From a virus: DNA of 64,000 nucleotides. Of the stretch, positions 53,265-61,806 are shown in pieces. The DNA is taken from the IMG/VR virus record IMGVR_UViG_3300027965_000212, positions 2,313 through 66,312 of that record; one strand, written 5' to 3'. The notes beneath the pieces were generated by a model that was given only the letters and a program-made list of their open reading frames with translations, had not been told where the DNA came from and searched no databases. Made by a program: the position numbers and the translations under genes. The first letter of the stretch is position 1, and each line of letters begins with the position of its first letter.

Positions 53265-54037
53265 GCCGCGGGTGCCTCCGCAGCTGCGCGAGCCTCATCG
53301 TTTCGGCGCTTGATCTCGGTGCTGACCGCGAACATCACATCCTCATCGAAATCGCGGGCGAGCACCCAATGGAGGAAGCCGTCATCGACCTCGCTCCAGC
53401 GCTTGCCGCGGTGTTGGCCGAATGGCACGCGCGGCAACAGCGCCGGCTCGCTTGTCCATTGGATCAACTGCTCGAGCGGAACGGTTTCCAGCATCGCGGC
53501 GAGCAGATGCGCGGTGACATAGGCGTCCGGTAGCGCGCGATGGGCAAGCTCCGCATATTCGCGGATGAGCCCGGGAGGCTTCAGCCAGTAGCGTAGCGCT
53601 TGATTGGAATGAGCCGGCGCATCCGGCCAGAGGCGAAGGGCGCACTTCCAGGTGCAGACCCAGGGCGCCCCCCCCGTCATTTCATCGGAGATGAAGGCGC
53701 GCTCGAATTTGGCCGAGTGCGCGCACCAAGCCGCGACCGGAATGGTATAGCGGTCGAGCGCGAGAGACGTGAAGATCGGCCACGCATCCGCGAAGGACGG
53801 TGCGCCGATCAGATCCTCATCAACGATATGGTGGACGGCGCTCGCGACCGGCGGGATCACCCTACTCGGCCGACAGAGCCTGTTGCGATGGGCATGATAT
53901 TCGACCGTCGACCGCCCGCTGTTACGCAGCACATCGACCGTGGCGACTTCGATCACCTCGGCGTCAGGGGGAAATCCGGTCGTTTCAAGGTCAACGACGC
54001 GGATCAGGCTCACGGTTTCGTCAATCGTATCGCTCAC
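53261..54037 (-). CDS. DEDDh 3'-5' exonuclease (ExoX-like)
   Basis: VDLETTG, AHSAKFE, HRALPD, PFGQHRGK.W. Confidence 0.9.
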   Translation of the reverse strand: MSDTIDETVSLIRVVDLETTGFPPDAEVIEVATVDVLRNSGRSTVEYHAHRNRLCRPSRVIPPVASAVHHIVDEDLIGAPSFADAWPIFTSLALDRYTIPVAAWCAHSAKFERAFISDEMTGGAPWVCTWKCALRLWPDAPAHSNQALRYWLKPPGLIREYAELAHRALPDAYVTAHLLAAMLETVPLEQLIQWTSEPALLPRVPFGQHRGKRWSEVDDGFLHWVLARDFDEDVMFAVSTEIKRRNDEARAAAEAPAA

Positions 54038-55926
54038 TCTGCAGCCTCCATCGCCGGACCAGCGGCGTAAATCACCGTCTCGATCGGCGCCCACTTGTTG
54101 CAGGTCATGCCGGCGCCGATCGCGCCGCTGACGCGACGACATTCGTGCTCGCTGATGCGGTTCTTGCAGGCGCCGCAGTGCCGATATCCGCCTGGGGTCC
54201 CCGGGTTAAACCCGGGGATCGCGCGGTAATGCGCTTCGTCCTGGCTGATCTGATCTTGCGGTTCTGGCGGGACCGCCTGGTTGCCCCAGAAGCGCCAGTC
54301 CGGCCACCTGCTTTCATCGAGCAGGCGATTGCCGGCGTCATCAAAGACACGGGCGAACAACTCGATCTTGGGAACGCCCGGAAAATAGCGGTCGATCATC
54401 GCGCGGACCGCATCCGGCTTGGCCGAATGCTCGCCCACGACCGTATCTAGGATCGACAGGTCCTGTTGCCCCTCGAGCGGGCAAGGCACGTCGCCCTTGA
54501 CGCCGAGCAGCAACAATTCGTGCGCGTTGATCCACCAGAAGCCGGTGCCGCGGTGCCAGTTTCCGGAGGTCGAGCGCTTGGCCCAGACCATGTGTGAGCG
54601 ATAATCGCCCTCCCCGACCGGCGCCAAGGCTTTGCCGTTCTCACGAACGAGGCGACCTTGCGCATCGCGCGGGCGCAGCCTGCAGAATCCCCACTCGGCC
54701 ATCAACTCGATCTGGTCGATCAGCGAAGGCTGCCAGGCGTACATCAGGAGCGCGCAGTTATCGGCGGCGAGCTCTCGCACCGGCAGGTCGATAAGCGCAT
54801 CGAGCGGTGCCGTCGCGTAGTGATTTTCCGGCGACTTCTCCATGCCAGTCTGTGCCGACCAGGCCTTCCAGTCGCGCGGAATATCGACATAGATCACGCC
54901 AAACTTATTGCCGGTGAGCAAGGGAGCCGCTTGCGGCGCGCGCATCTGCTCGAGCTTGCGCTCGCGGCTTTGCTCGCGTTTCGCTGTGCGGTTTGCCTTC
55001 GCCACATCCTTGACGGCCTTCGGATCGGCGCTGGCGATGATGCGCTTCTGCTCCTCGATCGGGAGCTGAGCGATCTCGGCGGCAGCTTCCGTCGCGACCT
55101 TGCCGGCCGTGACCGCCTCGACGAGCTCCGGCGCGCCCTTCTGCGCCACAACGGCCGCGCGTTGGACGCTGCGGCGCGAGACGTTCATCAGCTCCGCCGC
55201 CTCGGTCTGAGACATCAGCGGCTTTGGCGGCTCGATCGGCGAAGGCGCCTGCACCCGCTCAACAAACTCGCGCACGTCAGTTGGAGGAAGGTCGCTCTTG
55301 ATGGGCTTGCCGTCGAATTCGCACCAATGCGCCTCGCAGGCAGCGTCCATCTGGACGCCCTTGTCTGACACCGGAAAGCGGAAGACGGCGCCGCACTCGC
55401 AGGTGCCGACGCTCATCGGCTCATTGCCGTCGCCCGGATATTCGCGCGTCATGGTGATGACGTGCCCGGCCGGCCAGCTTGTGCGGGTCGGTTTCGCGGG
55501 GCGCGTAGGCTGCGCGAGCGGCAGAGCGGGTGCGCCAATTGGCGCAGGCTTGGCCGTGTGCTGGTTGCCGCCAAGCCTGATCTCCGCCATTTTCGCGGCG
55601 ATCATCGCGCGCTGTTGCGTATTCAAGTGGCGGCGATGGATGTTCTCCGAGGCGACCAGGTCGAGGGCTTCGCGGTCAGAACCGGCAAAGACCTGCGTCG
55701 CGATCCCGATGCCGAGCTCGGTTGCGGCCTTATAGCGATTGCGGCCGTCGAGGAGCATTCCCCGATGAAGGATGATCGGATGATTGATGCCGTTCTGCTT
55801 GATGTCGGCGAGGTGGGCGGCATATTCCGCATCGCTCATCATCGGGAACAGATCGGCGAACGGGTGCGGCTTGAGCGCCGGCGCGCCGGGCGGCAGATGT
55901 TGGACGGAGCCGAGCTTGATGGTCAT
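54034..55926 (-). CDS. ParB-N + HTH + MT-A70 methyltransferase + HiPIP-like fusion
   Basis: LLDGRNR, ENIHRRHL, SQTEAAELMNVSRRSV, YVDIPR, HY, W.K, HE.LL.G.KG, EHSAKP, IELFAR, WGNQ, CxxC..C..C. Confidence 0.88.
   Translation of the reverse strand: MTIKLGSVQHLPPGAPALKPHPFADLFPMMSDAEYAAHLADIKQNGINHPIILHRGMLLDGRNRYKAATELGIGIATQVFAGSDREALDLVASENIHRRHLNTQQRAMIAAKMAEIRLGGNQHTAKPAPIGAPALPLAQPTRPAKPTRTSWPAGHVITMTREYPGDGNEPMSVGTCECGAVFRFPVSDKGVQMDAACEAHWCEFDGKPIKSDLPPTDVREFVERVQAPSPIEPPKPLMSQTEAAELMNVSRRSVQRAAVVAQKGAPELVEAVTAGKVATEAAAEIAQLPIEEQKRIIASADPKAVKDVAKANRTAKREQSRERKLEQMRAPQAAPLLTGNKFGVIYVDIPRDWKAWSAQTGMEKSPENHYATAPLDALIDLPVRELAADNCALLMYAWQPSLIDQIELMAEWGFCRLRPRDAQGRLVRENGKALAPVGEGDYRSHMVWAKRSTSGNWHRGTGFWWINAHELLLLGVKGDVPCPLEGQQDLSILDTVVGEHSAKPDAVRAMIDRYFPGVPKIELFARVFDDAGNRLLDESRWPDWRFWGNQAVPPEPQDQISQDEAHYRAIPGFNPGTPGGYRHCGACKNRISEHECRRVSGAIGAGMTCNKWAPIETVIYAAGPAMEAAE
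55531..55546. repeat. 16-bp palindrome copy 6 (inside the ParB gene)
   Basis: TGCGCCAATTGGCGCA encoding APIGA after GGNQH. Confidence 0.95.
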
Positions 55927-56162
55927 TGTTCAGTAGGGCCTGATCCCAAAGCTCGACACGATCCAACCGGCGACGGCGAGCACCAGCGCGGCGATGAAAT
56001 AATCGAAGAATAGTGAGGCAGCCACGGTGGATATCCCCAACCCAAAGAGAAGCGCGCGCAAGGCCGCGAAGGGATCGCAATCATAGGGGTAACCATGAAT
56101 GGGGACCCGCAGATCGCGACCTTGCGCAACTGAATGCAACAACAAACAAACGCGAGGAGGAA

Positions 56163-56369
56163 CTAGCCGCAGCCACCCCTTCGGCGCGGATAGAGAGAAC
56201 GAGCAGCCCCAAGAAGAATGCCAGCGATGATGATGCGGGCGCGCCTTGTAACGAGGCGCTCGATCTCTGTGGCCTGCGCCTCGGTGAAGAGCGCAGCGGC
56301 GCGCGGCGATCTTCCGCGCGCGAGCATGCGCTGCTTGCGGAGAGCGGGAGAGTTCGGGTGCCGCTTCAT
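56163..56369 (-). CDS. Hypothetical
   Basis: ORF in cro-proximal operon. Confidence 0.4.
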   Translation of the reverse strand: MKRHPNSPALRKQRMLARGRSPRAAALFTEAQATEIERLVTRRARIIIAGILLGAARSLYPRRRGGCG

Positions 56370-56522
56370 GCGGCGCTCCTGAATTCGGCTGCCGTCTCTC
56401 CGGCTGTCGCGCCTAGCGTTCGCGGCGGCGTTCCCGCGCGGTTGCTACTCGCACCGCCTTGAGTCCGGTTCTCTCCGCATTTGATTCCGCTGCAGGCACC
56501 GGCAACCCCGCCCAGAATTCCG

Positions 56523-56906
56523 TCAAATGCCGATCCTATCGACGGCCGCCCGCACGGCGTCCGCCAGTGCGAGCTTGCGCGCGATGCGATGATGCGAGCC
56601 GAGGATGATCGAGATCGCCCGCTCGCCATGTTTGTCCGAGGCGATGATTGCAGCGAGCACCCAGGAATCCGGCTCTGATTTCCCCTGGCACCATGCGCGG
56701 CAGGTGCGGTCGGAGCAGCCGGTGAGGCATTCGAACTCTTTTGCCGGGATAAGCGGGGGCGGCCAAAGGCGCTCGACCAAATAAGTGAACGACCAGTTTC
56801 GCGGCAGAATCCTGCCGCCACCGTCAAGCGGGCGACCGTCCCGGCAAAATCCTGCCGATTGTTCGATTGCACGAACTGCAGTCGTGGATACTGATTCGCC
56901 CGCCAT
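56523..56906 (-). CDS. HTH regulator in CII-like position
   Basis: AKEFECLTGCSDRTCRAWCQGKSEP. Confidence 0.6.
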   Translation of the reverse strand: MAGESVSTTAVRAIEQSAGFCRDGRPLDGGGRILPRNWSFTYLVERLWPPPLIPAKEFECLTGCSDRTCRAWCQGKSEPDSWVLAAIIASDKHGERAISIILGSHHRIARKLALADAVRAAVDRIGI

Positions 56907-57430
56907 GACGCCACCCCTACTCGACCAACAACAAATTCATTCGGAATTAGCCGGCTCTGCGCGCGGAAGTGCCGGCCGATCGGAGAACAGGTTCCAGCGT
57001 CCCGATCGGCCGGCCTCGCTGCATCCCCCGACATCGCCAGAAGTGGAGGCTGAGCTTTGGAATTGATTTTTTCTTCCTGCATCGTCACGCGCGACGACCA
57101 CATGATCGTGATCGCGCTATTCGACGGCGATCCGGCAACCTCTGTCGGACTGCTGAGAGGCAGCGAACAGGCGGCGACGGCCTTGCTCGAGGCGCTCGCC
57201 GAAGTGCTGGGTTCCCCGCCGAATTCGGTTTCGGAATAAGCCCTTAGCGATCGGCAAAAATTCCAGGAGATCGTCTTTACTTTTCCGCCATCTGACGCGG
57301 TTCCCGGAATTTCTGAGTTCTCCCCGCTCTCAACACGAAATGCAGTGGATTCCCGTTGTGTATTGCATCCGACACTACCGCGACACCACACTTGCGCGTC
57401 CATGTCGGACAAAGTTGTGGGGAGGTAACG

Positions 57431-57715
57431 ATGCTTGGAGAAGCGCAGCGCGAAGAACAGCTCACAATATCGGAGCCTGCAGGCGTGCCGGAAATCTGGT
57501 TCGACGCCGTCGCCTGGATATACGACAAGGGGGATTCCTGCCGGATCGTACTCTACAGCGAAGATCGCCCGCTCGGGCCGGATGGGCCGCTCGAGCGGCG
57601 GATCGTCGCGAAGCTGGTCGGCCCCAGCGGCAGCCTCTTCGCGATCGTCGAGGCGATCACGAACCATCTCGCGCGAAGGGAGAGAGGCGCCAACGCGGGA
57701 CGACTGTTGAGCTGA
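57431..57715 (+). CDS. Hypothetical convergent with cro
   Basis: GGAGG SD; EPAGVPEIWFD..ERRIVAKLV. Confidence 0.55.
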   Translation: MLGEAQREEQLTISEPAGVPEIWFDAVAWIYDKGDSCRIVLYSEDRPLGPDGPLERRIVAKLVGPSGSLFAIVEAITNHLARRERGANAGRLLS

Positions 57716-57738
57716 GATCATATCCGGTGCGGAGGCGC

Positions 57739-57954
57739 TCATGATTGGGCCGCCTCCGCGGAAGGAGCGGGATAAAGATCGGGGCGCAGCTCATGCCGTG
57801 GCACACCGGTCAAGCGCTCAACCTCGAGCACCCGGCCCGAGGGCACGCGCCTCCATTGCGAAATCGCTTGGGGCGAGATGGCGCCCCCAAAGAGCCGGCT
57901 GAGGCCGGAATTACCGCCCGCCGCCTCTTTCGCGCGAATCAATCCATCGCTCAT
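57739..57954 (-). CDS. Cro/YdaS-like repressor
   Basis: AGG..LSR..ISPQAISQW..VP..VERLTGVPRHELRPDLY; divergent from cI. Confidence 0.9.
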   Translation of the reverse strand: MSDGLIRAKEAAGGNSGLSRLFGGAISPQAISQWRRVPSGRVLEVERLTGVPRHELRPDLYPAPSAEAAQS

Positions 57955-57962
57955 GCGCAATT

Positions 57963-58032
57963 GAAAGCATTGCTTTCCCGATGTTGCAAGCACCTCTTTC
58001 AGTGATTGAAAGCGAGCGAAAGGTTACCTTTC
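57963..58032. promoter_or_regulatory. OR-like triple operator
   Basis: GAAAGCATTGCTTTC 57963-77, GCAAGCACCTCTTTC 57986-58000, GAAAGGTTACCTTTC 58018-32. Confidence 0.85.
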
Positions 58033-58037
58033 AATGC

Positions 58038-58757
58038 ATGGACAGCCAAAAAACACTCGGTGAGCGAATACGTTACATACGAAAAGGGCATGGCCTCTCG
58101 CAGCAGCAGTTCGGAAAAATTCTGGGGGTAGAGCGCGGCGCCGTTGGCAATTGGGAACTCGGGAAGGGAATCAAGTCCGAGAATCAACGGCAGATCAGCC
58201 AAAAATTCCATGTAACGCTGGATTGGCTGATGAACGGCGACGCAGAGCTCCCTCAAATGCCGAGCAATCGCGAACTATTTCCAAGTTTTCGCGTGAGCCA
58301 TCATGGCCTTGAAGAGCCAGTTCCGATCCAGCCTGCGCCGCCGGCCGGAGCCGTCGAGCTCGGTTCAACAGTGCCGCTAATGCGACAGGGCCGGGCCGGA
58401 AAAGACGGTCAATTCGGCTTTACCCGGGAGCAGGCGGCCGATGTCCCGGCTCCCCCGGCCATCGCCCGGGTCCGCGACGCCTATGCGGTGTATGTGGTCG
58501 GAGAATCCATGCAACCTCGATACGATCCGGGCGAAATCGTGTTTGTGGACCCTAACAGGCCGGTAAATCCCGGCCATTACGTTGTGGCCCAAATCGCGGG
58601 TGAGGGCGGCGAAGGCCCGGTCGGATACATCAAGCGCTTTCTTGGTCGCGACAGCCGGCAGCTGCGCCTGGAGCAATTCAACCCAAAGAAAATACTTACG
58701 TTTCCATTGAAGAGCGTGATTTCGGTCGATCGGATACTCATGAGCGGGGACGGATGA
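58038..58757 (+). CDS. CI-like repressor (XRE HTH plus S24 peptidase)
   Basis: LGERIR..LSQQQFG..V..WE.G; GESMQP..GE.VFVDP; IKR. Confidence 0.95.
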   Translation: MDSQKTLGERIRYIRKGHGLSQQQFGKILGVERGAVGNWELGKGIKSENQRQISQKFHVTLDWLMNGDAELPQMPSNRELFPSFRVSHHGLEEPVPIQPAPPAGAVELGSTVPLMRQGRAGKDGQFGFTREQAADVPAPPAIARVRDAYAVYVVGESMQPRYDPGEIVFVDPNRPVNPGHYVVAQIAGEGGEGPVGYIKRFLGRDSRQLRLEQFNPKKILTFPLKSVISVDRILMSGDG

Positions 58758-59098
58758 TGAGGTTTATTATCGCCTTGAGCCTAGCTGTTGCCGCCGCCTC
58801 TGGGGCGGAGGCGAGGGCCCCAAACATCTCCGATACGACAGGATGGCTTTCGCGCGTCGCCGAAGCCTCCGTCGCGGCGAAGGCGTGCGGCTACGAGATC
58901 AACGCCAACAAGGTCATGGGCGAAATGCTCGCCACATACGATTCGATGGACAGCTTCACGGGAGAGTTTTTCGGCGATCAGCTCGATAAGCAGGAAGCCG
59001 CGCTCAGGCGCGATCGAACTGGATTTTGCCGCCGCGCCTGGGACAAATTCGGAGCAACCGGCAGCGACATCAAGAGCTTGCTTCTGCCCGGAAGATAA
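58754..59098 (+). CDS. Exported protein co-transcribed with cI
   Basis: ATGA overlap; signal peptide ending AEA; Cys pair. Confidence 0.7.
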   Translation: MMRFIIALSLAVAAASGAEARAPNISDTTGWLSRVAEASVAAKACGYEINANKVMGEMLATYDSMDSFTGEFFGDQLDKQEAALRRDRTGFCRRAWDKFGATGSDIKSLLLPGR

Positions 59099-59104
59099 AC
59101 GCCG

Positions 59105-59153
59105 GAAAGCGCTGCTTTCTTTTTGCTTGCGCTGAAATGAAAGAAATGCTTTC
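59105..59153. promoter_or_regulatory. OL-like double operator
   Basis: GAAAGCGCTGCTTTC 59105-19 and GAAAGAAATGCTTTC 59139-53. Confidence 0.85.
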
Positions 59154-59182
59154 ATCCCTCTCGTTCGTCGGGAGGGGCATCC

Positions 59183-59371
59183 ATGCGCGTCAAAATCTGG
59201 GAAGAGGTTTGCGGCACCGACAACTTCGCGCCCGGTCCCGAATGCGATCTCCCCGAATGCTTCCCGGATGATGCGGACAGCCGGCGTGAGGCTGAGGCTG
59301 ACCTCCTCAAATCTGGATTTCACTTTGGCGGCGGCGCGGCTCCCTGCTTCATGCTGGAGCGCGTGTCTTGA
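59183..59371 (+). CDS. First gene of PL-like operon, hypothetical
   Basis: GGAGG SD downstream of the operators. Confidence 0.6.
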   Translation: MRVKIWEEVCGTDNFAPGPECDLPECFPDDADSRREAEADLLKSGFHFGGGAAPCFMLERVS

Positions 59372-59847
59372 CTCCGGCCCCCGCGCACCTTCCCGCCGCC
59401 CAGCAGATCGGGCTGCTGATCCTGCGCAAGAGCGAGCTCGCCGATGCTTGCGCCTCGCGGCTCCGGGCCGAGGGCGCCCCGCATCCATCGGAGGCGGATT
59501 ACCTCGCGCTCAGCCGTACAGGCTTTGCCATGCGCTCCCCGGCCGGGACGCGCATGCTCACCCCCCTCGGCAAATCCCGCACTGACGCCTTCGCCATCGC
59601 GATCGCGCGGCAGTTCCGCCTGCATGTGATCACGCACGGGTCGACACCCGGGGTCTGGTTCGTCCGCTGTTCGTGCGGGGAGTTCTTCACCTCCAAGCCG
59701 CACGCGATCCCGGGCGCGCTCGCCAAGGCGGCGGCGGCCGGCGCGCGGCATCTGCGCCTGGTCTGTGATCGCACTGAGCATGCGCCAATTGGCGCAGCCT
59801 CTACCCCCGCGATCCTGATCGCTGAAGAGACGCGGACAGCGCCATGA
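59368..59847 (+). CDS. Hypothetical with H..CxC..H motif
   Basis: Coupled; HVIT..CSCG..RH. Confidence 0.55.
   Translation: MTPAPAHLPAAQQIGLLILRKSELADACASRLRAEGAPHPSEADYLALSRTGFAMRSPAGTRMLTPLGKSRTDAFAIAIARQFRLHVITHGSTPGVWFVRCSCGEFFTSKPHAIPGALAKAAAAGARHLRLVCDRTEHAPIGAASTPAILIAEETRTAP
59781..59796. repeat. 16-bp palindrome copy 7
   Basis: TGCGCCAATTGGCGCA encoding APIGA. Confidence 0.95.
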
Positions 59848-60350
59848 CCAGCAATTTCTGGCGCAAGTCGCATCGCTTCGATCGCGCCGCCGTGGCGCTC
59901 GCCGATCGTCACTACAGCCGTGTCAAACCGGGCTCGCCGCAGTTCATGCCGCCCGGCTCCTGCCGAGTGTTGATGGCGAAGAACAGCAAGGCGGTCTTCG
60001 GCCTCTCATTTCCCAAGGCCGAGTTCGTCAAGCACGCCTGGGCGGGCGCTTGGGTTGTTTCGATATTCCGCAACGAGGAGGCCGGTCCGCTCGCCTCCGA
60101 CATGCTGCGCGAGGCAATGGGCCTGATGCAGACCGAGTACGACGTGCCGGAGCTCGGCTGCGTCAGCTTCGTCGACCCCAGGAAGGTCCGCGGCGTCATG
60201 GAACGCGGCGAGCGCGTGAAAGGCTTCTGTTTCAAAAGGGCCGGTTTCCGCGCCGTCGGAGAGACCAAGGGCGGCTTGATCGCCTGGCAGATGCTGCCGC
60301 GCGAGATGCCGGCGCCGATCTCGCTTGAAGGGGAAAGGACCGCGCCATGA
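59844..60350 (+). CDS. GNAT/Mom-like hypothetical
   Basis: ADRHYSR, FRNE..ASDM, SFVD, GFCFKRAGF. Confidence 0.5.
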   Translation: MTSNFWRKSHRFDRAAVALADRHYSRVKPGSPQFMPPGSCRVLMAKNSKAVFGLSFPKAEFVKHAWAGAWVVSIFRNEEAGPLASDMLREAMGLMQTEYDVPELGCVSFVDPRKVRGVMERGERVKGFCFKRAGFRAVGETKGGLIAWQMLPREMPAPISLEGERTAP

Positions 60351-60501
60351 TGGTGCCCACCACCTATTCCGACCTTCCCTATTTCGATCTGCCTCCCAGA
60401 CCGCCGATCAGCGGAACGCTGGTGATCTCATGGGTAGTCGCGCTGGGCATCAACGTCGCCCTGCTGATCGCGTTGGCCGCAACGGCTTGGAGGCTGATCT
60501 A

Positions 60502-60837
60502 ATGAGTGCCATCGGCCGCGAGCTCCGCGCCATGGCAGACGATCTCTGGCGTTCCGGAGACCACGCCCTTGCTTCATTCGCTCATTCGCATGCGCTCAAG
60601 TTGGAAGCGACATTGCGAGAGGCGCAAAAGCGCGAGCCCCGCCTCATCGACATCGAAGACTGCATCGCGGTCTATGGCGATGACCTGGTCGACGAAGTGA
60701 TCCTCATCGATCTCGACATTAATAACAGCTGCGCCGATCCGGGCGGCCATGTGTTCCTTACCGAGAATGGCGAGGTGAAGTGCATGAGGTGCGGAAGGCC
60801 CGGGATGCCGGTCTATGCAATGCGGGAGTCGGAGTGA
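60502..60837 (+). CDS. Hypothetical with C-terminal Zn-ribbon
   Basis: C..GGH..CMRCG; GGAGG SD. Confidence 0.5.
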   Translation: MSAIGRELRAMADDLWRSGDHALASFAHSHALKLEATLREAQKREPRLIDIEDCIAVYGDDLVDEVILIDLDINNSCADPGGHVFLTENGEVKCMRCGRPGMPVYAMRESE

Positions 60838-61133
60838 TGGCCGATCCAAAAGAACAGCTGATGGCGGCAAGCTCGGTGATCAATACCGCTGTGGCGCTAT
60901 TGCGCAGCGAGCAGCCGACCTTCGAGGCATTCCTTGAGGAATGCCGGAACGTGGACAGCTTCGGTCACATAGTCGACCCGACGCTGTTCCGCGATCCCGA
61001 GCGCCGCGCCGTCAGCGCGTTGATGAATCCGCTTTATGAGGCCGCGCTCGATTTCATCCGCGCGTACGACGAACAGACGAAGCGCGCCAAAGCCGCACTT
61101 GAAAAAGTCAAGGCGCCTCAGGGGGCAACATGA
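60837..61133 (+). CDS. Hypothetical
   Basis: TGATG-coupled ORF. Confidence 0.55.
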   Translation: MADPKEQLMAASSVINTAVALLRSEQPTFEAFLEECRNVDSFGHIVDPTLFRDPERRAVSALMNPLYEAALDFIRAYDEQTKRAKAALEKVKAPQGAT

Positions 61134-61336
61134 GCGCTCGAGCGTTTACTCATCCGGATTTCGGCAAGGAAGCCCGCGTCGAAGTCTGGGGCCGAGAGGT
61201 GCGGCTGATTTTCGTCGCCGGCACCGAAGCCAAGGCCGAGAGCCTGGCGGAGGGAATTGTCGAGCAACTAAAGGCCGGCGTGCTCCATCTCACGATGATG
61301 GGCAAGCCGACGGGCGTCGTTGAAACGAGAGGCTAA
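61130..61336 (+). CDS. Hypothetical
   Basis: ATGA-coupled ORF. Confidence 0.55.
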   Translation: MSARAFTHPDFGKEARVEVWGREVRLIFVAGTEAKAESLAEGIVEQLKAGVLHLTMMGKPTGVVETRG

Positions 61337-61551
61337 ATGACCGGATTTGAGACAACCATCGGCACAACGCTTTCGCAGCGAGCGCTTGCCTGCCACCTGG
61401 ATCGCTCCGTTAGCTGGGTGCGCAATCAGGGAGAGACGGTTTACCGGTTTGGCGAGAAATGGGAGCGCATGGAGTGGCGCGGCCATCCGGGTCGATGCGC
61501 CGGCTATAGGCGCGTTGTGTGAGACTGCCGCGGATATCTGAGGGCAAATAG

Positions 61552-61776
61552 ATGGACCAAAAAACAAGGTTCAAAATCGGGCTTTATTTGCGGGCTCTCA
61601 TATGCGCCGCTGCAGTCGTCGTCTCGTGGTTCATCATGGATCACACATTCGGCTGGCTGTTGGGCGACAAGCCGCACGACTACTTGCTGGTGTTTTTTTC
61701 TGCTGCGGCCGGTGCGATCACGGCTTTGGTTACCTGTCGCCTGCGCATGGGCTTCGTGTCCGAGCCGCTATTCTGA
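61552..61776 (+). CDS. 2-TM small membrane protein
   Basis: Two hydrophobic helices; lower GC. Confidence 0.55.
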   Translation: MDQKTRFKIGLYLRALICAAAVVVSWFIMDHTFGWLLGDKPHDYLLVFFSAAAGAITALVTCRLRMGFVSEPLF

Positions 61777-61806
61777 TCGCCTGGTGCGGAAACGGTGAGA
61801 TACCCA

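Noticed and set aside
56366-57742. 458-aa minus-strand ORF downstream of cro
   Set aside because: No recognisable domain and overlaps better-supported small genes; probably a chance open frame
4808-59796. 16-bp palindromes or REP hairpins as a CRISPR array
   Set aside because: Copies are kilobases apart, with no spacer periodicity and no cas genes
51951-60350. Recurrent GGAnnGCGCCATGA at gene junctions as a recombination repeat
   Set aside because: Short and consistent with ordinary SD-spacer-ATGA translational coupling
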